A stretch of 64,000 nucleotides of DNA from assembly GCA_963824295.1 (NCBI GenBank), contig CAWGOQ010000002.1, forward strand, positions 14,375-78,374. Direction: 5' to 3'. Source of the stretch: an uncultured Solirubrobacterales bacterium (GTDB taxonomy: Bacteria > Actinomycetota > Thermoleophilia > Solirubrobacterales > Solirubrobacteraceae). Shown in pieces: positions 56,210-64,000 of the stretch. A program made the position numbers and the translations under genes. Within the stretch, counting starts at the first letter, position 1; each line of letters begins with the position of its first letter. The notes under the pieces are model-generated. The model did not search any database. It was given only the letters and a program-made list of their open reading frames with translations, and was not told where the DNA came from.

Positions 56210-57240
56210 ACCGCAGAGCCCTGGCGAGCGCGGGCGCGCGCCTCTTCGTCCGGGTGGTCGAACACCCGTCGCATCTGACTGGCCGCGTCCTTCAGGTCAG
56301 GTTCGGCCCACTCTCCGTCGCCGGCCAATACACTTCCATCAGATCCTGACGGGGTGTGAGCTCCGGTAGCTGTACTCATCGCTCATATCCCAATCGAGAT
56401 TCCCCATCCGTGGCAAACGGAACCCGGATGCAGAAAACCAGCGCCCTGGCTCACCGAGGTGATGCCGAAGCCTTCACAATGCGCATAGACGGACCACGAC
56501 ATCGGCCGCTGGCCAAGCAGCAGGTTCACGTCCTGTCCAGTCATGTAGTGCTCGATCAGATGGATGTCCGGACGCCCTGTGGCGAGCTCTACAAGCTCGG
56601 CCCCAGTGGGCCGGTGACCGATCGCCATTGATCGACTTGACGACCAACGAAGCGCCCGCTCCGGGATCGAACGCCTCACGGTAGGCGCGTACCACCGCCT
56701 GGGGATTCTTCCGCGCCGACGTGCTGTTGTAGTCGAACACGGTCAAGAGACTGGAATCCCTCACCAGGGCCGAAACTGATCCCGCGTCGCCGCGGGCGGG
56801 AGCAGAGCCACCGGGATCGGCACAAGGCGCGCCGGGACGGGGGAGGTCACCTCAGTTGCTTCTCGCACGTAGCTCGACCCACGAACACCTCGTCGAGGAG
56901 CCCGAAGGCCCGGCGCCACCGTCCGGGCAACGCCCCCAGCACCTCCCACCACCAATAGCCAACGTTGGCGCGTCCCCTGAAGAATCCCCGGCCCGCCTCC
57001 TTGCGGAGGGCCAGCGCGCCCTCAGGGTTGAGGCCAGAGGTCGGTCTGGAACTCGCCGTCCTGGGGCCACCACATGACACATCGCCTCCTTGGCAAGAAG
57101 GAAGGCGTGGAGCGGGGCAGCGCAATTCGCCCCAACCGGGAACCACCACACACAAGGGCTGCCACCAGCGCCCTCGCGCTGTCGGCGATGCCCAGCTCCG
57201 AGCGCCAGTAGCTCACGGCGTTGACGCCGATGGCGCCGGG
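56158..57240 (-). pseudogene. GT4 glycosyltransferase remnant, paralogue of the 50901-52357 gene, multiple frameshifts
   Basis: SYWRSELGIADSARALVAAL | GYWWWEV..RRAFGLLDEV | SSYVREATEVTSPVPARLVPIPV | LTVFDYNSTSARKNPQAVVRAYREAFDPGAGASLVVKSINGD | ..GRPDIHLIEHYMTGQDVNLLL.. | WAEPDLKDAASQMRRVFDHPDEEARARA. The order is colinear with the 50901 gene. Confidence 0.6.
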
Positions 57241-57468
57241 AACGTGCTGGGATGCCGAGCATCACGGCCGGACGATCGTCGCGATCCCGCATATTTGCAC
57301 GCCATAATCCAGACGATGAGCGGTCATCAGCGCGTACGTATCACACCCACCGCGGCCCGGCGCCGCCGGCCGCACCTGACGATCGCCTGACCGCGCATCC
57401 GCATGGGCGGGGTCCTGGACGCTTCTTCGCTGGCTCGCCCCAGGGCGGCTGCTGGTGGCCCTGCGGCG

Positions 57469-58727
57469 ATGCACGACGGCGGCTTTCGGCACGTAAGCAA
57501 GACGTTTCGCCTGCCCCACCGGAGTACTCGACGCTCAAGGAGCGGGCGCTGCACCCGCTGCGCAGGACCACCTACGACGAACTGCACGCCGTCCAGGACG
57601 TCTCCCTGCAGATCGCCGAGGGGGAATTCTTCGGGATCGTCGGGCGCAACGGCAGCGGCAAGAGCACGCTGCTGAAGTGCATCGCCGGCATCTACCGCGT
57701 GACACCGGCGCATCTCGATCGCCGGTCGGCTCTCGCCGTTCATCGAGCTCGGCGTCGGCTTCAACCCCGACCTGAACGCGCGCGACAACGTCGTCATCAA
57801 CGCGATCATGCTCGGGCTCAGCCGCAAGCAGGCGATGGCGCGCTTCGAGCACGTCGTCGCCTTCGCCGAACTCGAGGGCTTCATGGACCTGCGCCTGAAG
57901 AACTACTCCTCGGGAATGCTCGTGCGCCTGGCGTTCGCCACCGCGATCCAGGTCGACGCGGAGATCCTCTTGATCGACGAGGTGTTGGCCGTCGGCGACG
58001 CCGCCTTTCAGCAGAAGTGCTTCGAGGAGTTCTTCCGCCTCAAGCGCGAAGGCCGCACGATCGTGTTCGTCTCCCACGACATGTACTCGGTCGAGCGCTT
58101 CTGCGACCGCGCGATGCTGATGGAACGGGGGAAGGTGGTGAAGATCGGCGAGCCGAGAGAGATCGCGGGCAATACAACGAGCTGAACTTCCGCCGCGACC
58201 GCGAGGCCCCGGAGTCCGCGCCGGGCCCGGAGCTCGAGCGGATCCTCCGCGCGCTGCCGATCGCCGAAATCGTCGGCGCGGTGTTCGAGGCCGACAGCGG
58301 CGAGACGATCGTGACCGCGAACCAGGGTGAGCCCTGCACCGTGCGGCTGGAGGTCTCCTTCCATGCCGAGATGGACGACCCGATCTTCGCGATGGTGTTG
58401 CGCAACGACGCGGGACACGGCGTGTTCGCCGCCAGCACGGTGGTGCAGCCTTCGCCAACCGGCCATTTCGCCGCCGATGAGGAGGTACTCGTCAGGATCC
58501 GGTTCGAGAACTGGCTCGGCCCGGGCCGCTATCGGCTGACGGCCTCGGTCGCGCGCGCAGGCTGGGGCGACGACGTGATCGACCGGCACGAGCGGAGCTC
58601 GATCATCGTCTTGGCCGAGCGTCCCGTTGGCGGCGACACGGATCTGCCGAACACGATCGAGATCGAACGACGCGGCGTAGCCGAGCCGGGGAGCGATCCC
58701 GCCGCGACTCGTTTCGGCGGCCGATGA
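57469..58727 (+). pseudogene. wzt: Polysaccharide ABC-transporter ATP-binding protein (Wzt/TagH-like) with C-terminal Wzt_C-type carbohydrate-binding domain; at least 3 frameshifts
   Basis: VSKTFRLPH | YSTLKERALHPLRR..LHAVQDVSLQIAEGEFFGIVGRNGSGKSTLLKCIAGIY | ..LGVGFNPDLNARDNVVINAIMLGLSRKQ...LKNYSSGMLVRLAFATAIQVDAEILLIDEVLAVGDAAFQQKC...GRTIVFVSHDM | C-domain ..IVGAVFEADSGETIVTANQGEPCTVRLEVSFHAEMDDPIFAMVLRNDAGHGVF...GPGRYRLTASV. Confidence 0.8.
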
Positions 58728-59565
58728 GCGTAGAAGCCTCACACCCGTACGGGCCCTCGGCGATCGGCGGGGATCGTCGCCGGTTCGTCGAGCTGACGAT
58801 GACGCTCGCCCGCACCGAGTTCAAGGTCCGATATTTCGGGTCGGCGCTTGGATACCTGTGGTCGCTGATCCGGCCGCTCTTGTTCTTCGGCGTGATCTAC
58901 GTGTTCTTCACGCAGATCCTGAACATCAGCAAGGGAATTCCGCATTACGGGGTGTACCTGCTGACCGGGATCGTGCTGTGGAGCTACCTCGCCGAAGCGA
59001 CCACGGGCTGCGTCAACTGCCTGCTGGCCCGCGAGAGCCTGTTGCGGAAGATCCGGTTCCCACGGATGGTCGTGCCGCTCTCTGTGTCGCTGACCGCGAC
59101 GTTCAACCTGGCCCTGAACGGGATCGTCGTGATCGTCTTCGCACTCCTCAACGGCGTCCCGCCCAAGCTGAGCTGGCTCGAGCTGATGCCGATCGCGCTC
59201 GCATTCGTCGTGCTGGCCAGCGGGCTCGGGATGCTGCTGTCGGCCCTCTACGTTCGATTTCGAGACGTGCAGCCGATTTGGGACGTAACCCTTCAAGCCT
59301 GGTTCTACGCGTCGCCGTTGATGTACTCAGCTTCCCGCTATGACCACTTCTCCCCGGATTCGAGCGGCTCGCCTTGCTCAATCCGGTAGCCACGTTACTA
59401 ACCCAGATGGGACATGCCATGATCGGCGGGCCCGAGCTTCCCTCCGCCGTCACCGCCGCAGGACTCCCCACGGTGCTCGCCTCGATCGCGCTGATCTTCG
59501 TCATCTTCGGGCTGGGCGCTTGGGTGTTCACGCGTGAGGCGCCGCGCGTGGCCGAGAACCTTTAG
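58724..59565 (+). pseudogene. wzm: ABC-2 type polysaccharide export permease (Wzm/TagG-like), one frameshift
   Basis: ATGA-coupled to wzt. FVELTMTLARTEFKVRYFGSALGYLWSLIRPLLFFGVIYVFF...LRKIRFPRMVVPLS...YVRFRDVQPIWDVTLQAWFYASPLMY | LLNPVATLLTQMGHAMIGG..IALIFVIFGLGAWVF. The switch is near 59340. Confidence 0.8.
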
Positions 59566-59599
59566 GGCACCGGTGCCCCGAGCGAGGCACTGAGGCCGA

Positions 59600-60524
59600 T
59601 CAGAGGCCGGCAAGGATCCGCTGCAGTCCGTCGCGCAACTCGACCTGCGCCTGCCAATCGAGCTTCGTCTTCGCCCGCGTCACGTCAAGACAACTACGCC
59701 TGACCTCTCCGGGGCGATCGGGCGCGAATCGGGATCGGCCGGCGACCGGCCCTCGCTCACTTCGTCAAGCGCCTCGAGCAGTTCGAGCACCGAGGTCTCG
59801 CGACCCCTGCCGATGTTGACCGGCCCGACTACGGCGCTCGGCGGCGAGCAGGTTCGCTGCGGACGACATCGCCCACCTCGACCCAATCGCGGGTCTGGCG
59901 CCCGTCGCCGAACACGGTGGGCTGGCGTCCCCCGACCAGACATCCACAGAAGATGGCCACCACCCCGGCCTCGCCATGTACGTCTTGGCGGGGTCCGTAG
60001 ACGTTGCCATAACGCAGCGACATCGTGGAGAGGCCGTGTAGGCGGGCGTACAGCTCGCAGTACCCCTCGGCGGAATACTTCGACTGGCCGTACGGTGCAA
60101 GGGGCCGGATTGGATGGTCTTCAGGGGTGGGGATGACATCGGCGTCTCCGTACAGGGCGCCGCCCGTCGAGCTGTTGACAAGCCGGCGCGCTCCGATCGT
60201 CCGGGCCGCCTCGAGCACCCGATCGTCCCAATCACGTTGATTCGAGTCAAAGGCCGGATCGGCCACGGAGCGCCGGACGTCGATCTGGGCGGCCAGGTGG
60301 AACACGAGCTCTGGCCTGACCGCGGCAAAGATCTCAGACAGCGCGGCCGCGTCCGTGATGTCGGCGACACGAAGCTCGGCACCGTCACCAAGGGCGCGAT
60401 CGAGATTCGACCGCCTACCGGTCGAAAGGTTGTCGATCACCGTGACGTGCTCGCCACGGGCGACCAGCGCGTCGACCACGTGCGACCCGATGAATCCCGC
60501 GCCGCCCGTGACCACGCAGTTCAT
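59600..60524 (-). pseudogene. NAD-dependent epimerase/dehydratase (UDP-hexose 4-epimerase-like), at least 3 frameshifts
   Basis: MNCVVTGGAGFIGSHVVDALVARGEHVTVIDNLSTG...FHLAAQIDVRRSV.. (local double shift around NVIGT) ..YGQSKYSAEGY..LRYGNVYGPRQD..GDGRQTRDWVEVGDVV | ..VNIGRGRETSVLELLEAL | ..RPGEVRRSCLDVTRAKTKLDWQAQVELRDGLQRILAGL*. Confidence 0.7.
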
Positions 60525-60896
60525 AGGCACGGCAGCTTGCCAGATCGCGGCCGGAGGGCCGGAAGGGTGGCGGGCCCGCACCGCGGAGGCGGTGCGGGCC
60601 CGACCGAAGGACGACCCTGGTAGGGCTGGGGGCCGTCCGAAGACCCGCGAGAAAGGGGGCGATGCTCGCGGGCCCGTCCGACTTCCTTGTCGAGGCCTAG
60701 CATAGCGCTGCCGGATGTCGTTCCGTCAAGCCGGTTGGACATAAGTGGACGCGATTTCACGCCAGCGTGGACGATCTGACCGGCTGTGGTGAAAATGCAT
60801 AACGCGCAACCTTCGTCCTCCGGCCCCGTTTCAGGTCTGGGTGTTGGAGGGCCCGCGCCCGTTTGCCGGTTCCGCTCACCGGCTAGGCAGGTACAG

Positions 60897-62386
60897 ATGA
60901 CGGTTTCGGACAGCCCCGTTCAACCACATCCCGATCCAATCTCGGCTCCGGCTACGGTCGAGGTGGTTGGTGTCCCTATCGCGGTCATCGACTACGACCG
61001 GACGCTCGATTGGATCGACGCGATGGTGGCCGATCGCCGGCACGGCTACGTCTGCGCCTGCAATATCCACACCGTGATCGCCGCGCGCGAGGACCCCTCA
61101 CTCCGGGCCGCGTTGCTGTCCTCGTCGCTCAACGTGCCCGATGGCAGCCGCTGGTGTGGGCGCTGAACGCGCTCGGCAATTCGCTGCGCGACCGCGTCTA
61201 CGGCCCTGAGCTGATGGCCCGCGCCTTCGCCCGAGCTCGATCGAACGGGCAACGTGTCTACCTGTACGGCGGCCGCGATCAAGATGCACTCGTCCAGCTC
61301 GGCATGAACATGCGCGGTCGTTTCCCGGGGGTGAACATCGTCGGTGGCTACGCCCCTCCGTTTCGCCCGCTGAGCACGGAGGAGCGCTCCGCGGTCATCG
61401 ACGAGATCAACGACTCCGAGGCTGACGTGGTCTGGGTCGGCATCGGAGTACCGAAGCAGGAGAAGTGGATGGCAGCGATGCGCCCGCACCTCGAGGCGCC
61501 CGTGCTGGTCGGCGTCGGCGCCGCGTTCGACTTCCACGCCGGGCTGGTTCCACAGGCACCGCCGCTGCTCCAGGGTGCCGGCCTCGAATGGGCCTACCGG
61601 CTCGCGCACGAGCCGCGCCGACTGTGGCGGCGCTACCTGCGCTACAACCCCCGGTTCGTGGGCGCGTTCGCGCGCCAGCTCGCGGCACGCCGGGGCCGGC
61701 TGGCGGCCCTGAACCTCGACCAGCGAGCGGACACGGAAGAGCAATCGTCACGCGGCGCGCTCTCGCGCCTGAGGCTGCCCGGCCGCGACCTCAAAGACCT
61801 GCTCGGCGATGCCGTGCCAGCGACCACGCCCACCAGACGCTCGCCGATCGCTACATCGAGCGTGAGATCGGCCGCCCGCGTCGGACCGTGGCGGGTCCTA
61901 GACCTCGGTTGCGGCGCGGGTGACTCAGTCGCACTGTTCAGAGCGCGCGATCCCCACGTCGAGTGGGTGGGTCTCGACGTTCCCGGCTCCCCGGAAGCAA
62001 GCGACCGCACCCGCCGCGATGCCCGCTTCGAGACGTTCGACGGCATCTCCATGCCGTTCGCTGACGGAAGCTTCGAACTGGTCTACTGCAAGCAGGTGCT
62101 CGAGCATGTCCGCCACCCGGAGCGACTTCTCGCCGAGGTGTACAGAGTGCTCGTGCCCGGCGGCTGGTTTGCCGGCTCGACCTCCCAGCTCGAGCTGTAC
62201 CACTCGCTGAGCCTGTGGAACTACACCCCGGTTGGGTTTGTCGAGCTCATCGAAGCGGTCGGACTGCGGGCCGTCGAGCTGCGACCGGGGATCGACGGCC
62301 TGACCATCATGGCCTGGCGCTTAGCTGGCGGACACCGTTACTTTCACCGCTGGTGGGAGCGGAATCGCCCCTCAATCGAGCGCTGA
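60897..62386 (+). pseudogene. WecB/TagA/CpsF (GT26) glycosyltransferase domain fused in one frame to a class I methyltransferase domain; one frameshift near 61145
   Basis: MTVSDS..VEVVGVPIAVIDYDRTLDWIDAMV..YVCACNIHTVIAAREDPSLRAALLSSSLNVPDG | QPLVWALNALG..RVYGPELM..VYLYGG..VGGYAPPFRPLS..ADVVWVGIGVPKQEKWM..VGVGAAFDFHAG...RLAHEPRRLWRRYLRYNPRF, then in the same ORF ..RVLDLGCGAGDS..FELVYCKQVLEHVRHP..LVPGGWFAGS. Confidence 0.7.
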
Positions 62387-62508
62387 ATGCCTCTGCGCGG
62401 ACGGTGCGCGCCGACGTCCGAACACTGAACGCCACCAAACTCCTGTTCTGCGGGCAGTTCGCGTTCCTCGCCCGGCGGGAGGAGAACACCACTGGGGTGA
62501 CAGGCTCA

Positions 62509-63225
62509 ATGCGGGCCGCGCCGCATGACCCCGACAACGTGCTCGACCGCCTCAGCCGGGAGTCGACTCTCGAGCTCCACTATCGCCAGGTTATGCGCCG
62601 CGAGCAGGCGCTGCTCGCGGCGCGATTGTCGATTTCGCGGGGCGACGTCCTCTCCGTGGGCGCCGGGTTGTACCCGGGACGCCACCTGTTCCCCGCGCCG
62701 GCATTCCGGCTCGTCGCGGTCGACTCGGACCCCGAGCGAGTCGCCTCTGTCGTGCGGATGGCGCGGGCCGACGAGGCGCAACTCGGCTGTGCGGGCAACT
62801 GCGGTTCCCTCCGGCCTCGTTCGACGTGGTCCTCTATCGGCTGGTTCTGCACCACATCGCCTACCAGGGTCCCCTCTCGCCGTGCTTTGACGAGGCGGCC
62901 CGGCTGTTCCGCCCCGGGGGCGTGCTGGTCGCCCTCGAGCCGGGGCTGTGGCATCCGGTGGGATTCGGCCTCGCGCTCGCCAACCGCGCCGAGATCGCGA
63001 CCGCGATCCACGGCACGCCGGACGACATCCCGCTCTCGCCGCGGCGACTGGCTCCGAAGCGCGCGCGGTGGGTCTCTCCCGAGGTGCACGCGGTCACGTA
63101 CAGCTGGCGACGGATGCCGCCGGGTACAGCACGTGCTGTCGCCGCTGGATGCACTCGGTTCGAGACCGCGGGCCGCGCTCCTCGGTCACACCCTGATGCT
63201 GATCGCTCGACAAGCAGGTGATTGA
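62509..63225 (+). pseudogene. SAM-dependent methyltransferase, 2 frameshifts
   Basis: MRAAPHDPDNVLDRL..GDVLSVGAGLYPGRHLF.. | FDVVLYRLVLHHIAYQGPLSPCFDEAARLFRPGGVLVALEPGLWHPVG.. | ..SPLDALGSRPRAALLGHTLMLIARQ. Confidence 0.6.
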
Positions 63226-64000
63226 CAGCATCGCCTGTCATCGCGGGGAAACCGTTGTCTGCGTGCCCGTCCGGGGCGCCCTGACAGTCTCGCGAGAACC
63301 CTGCGCAGCGTCCTCGACCACACCCATCCGGACGTGCCGACGATCGTCTACGACGGCTCGCCGCCGCCGTCGCCAACTCGTGGGCTCGTCGCTGCACTGG
63401 CAACGGAACTGGGCCGCGAGATCCGCTGTCTCGGACCAGGCGACGGAGATAGCGGCGACGGAACGCTGGGCGCGGTGCTTATGGCGCTGGCACCGGCAGA
63501 CGTCGCGCTTGTGGATTCTGGGTCCACGGTCGGCTCGGGTTGGCTGAACGGACTTCGAGGCGCAGCGTATTCAGACAGCACGGTCGCGACCGTCAGCGCG
63601 CTGATCCCGGCTGACGTTAGGCGCTCGGACCGATCCTCATCCGAATTCAGCCCGGATCAGGCTGCGGCGACAGTGCGGTCCAGGGGCGTCGCACTGCGAC
63701 CGCATCTGACAGCGGCCCGCCGGCCGTGCGTTTACGTGCGCCGCAGCGCGCTGGAGCTCATCGACGGCCGCGACAGCGAGTCGCCGTCCGCGGACCCGAT
63801 AGACGCCGCCTTCTCGCGATCGTGCGTTGAGAACGGTCTTTCACACTTGCTGGCCGACGACGTGCTCGTGGACCCCGAAGAGCTAGGTCGGTATCCCCCT
63901 CTCGAATTGCCCGAACGCGGCGACGGGCCGCTCGCCCGAGCCGTCAGAGGTGCCCGGCGCGCGCTGCTCGGACTCTCGGCAGTCGTCGACGCCCGGATCC
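63218..64000 (+). pseudogene. GT2-like glycosyltransferase, 3' partial (runs off window end), frameshift near 63290
   Basis: VVCVPVRGA | ..LRSVLDHTHPDVPTIVYDGSPPPS...LMALAPADVALVDSGSTVGSGWLNGLRGAAYSDSTVATVSALIP... is open to base 64000 in a frame not listed in the track. Confidence 0.5.

Overview
High-GC (about 70%) Actinomycetota-type chromosomal segment; the exact taxon cannot be determined from sequence alone. All calls come from reading the six-frame ORF track and the raw sequence by eye; no searches were run. Layout: (i) 1-3.4 kb holds a three-subunit 2-oxoacid:ferredoxin oxidoreductase and a decayed FAD-dependent oxidoreductase. (ii) 3.5-13.4 kb is a tRNA-Thr(CGU)-associated integrative island carrying a tyrosine integrase, an excisionase-like HTH protein, an XRE/TPR regulator and a flavoprotein. 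Its distal half is a nest of IS material: an IS256 fragment, a second transposase remnant, an apparently intact IS3-family element and a frameshifted IS110 transposase. (iii) 13.4-37.3 kb is mostly intact housekeeping and accessory genes: GNAT, holB, tmk, galE, class II RNR nrdJ, two NlpC/P60 hydrolases, a GH63-like hydrolase, a coupled GT2-methyltransferase-membrane protein operon, F420-type LLM oxidoreductase, msrB, DedA, a two-component system and heme A synthase. Three toxin-antitoxin-like pairs are interleaved among them. (iv) 37.3-64 kb is a large ABC-transporter-dependent cell-envelope glycan locus. It contains two tandem GDP-mannose 4,6-dehydratase paralogues, a split transketolase, GT2/GT4/GT26 transferases, many SAM methyltransferases, SDR epimerases, Wzm/Wzt and two very large polytopic membrane proteins. 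Most genes in this locus are broken by many single-base frame disruptions, yet a 6-kb core (43.2-49.2 kb) is intact. The most interesting points are this mosaic decay pattern, a WbdD-like chain-terminating methyltransferase plus a Wzt with a C-terminal carbohydrate-binding domain, the GMD/transketolase sugar module, and an A14 homopolymer inside the glycosyltransferase region. No CRISPR array, rRNA or recognisable multi-gene defence system was seen.
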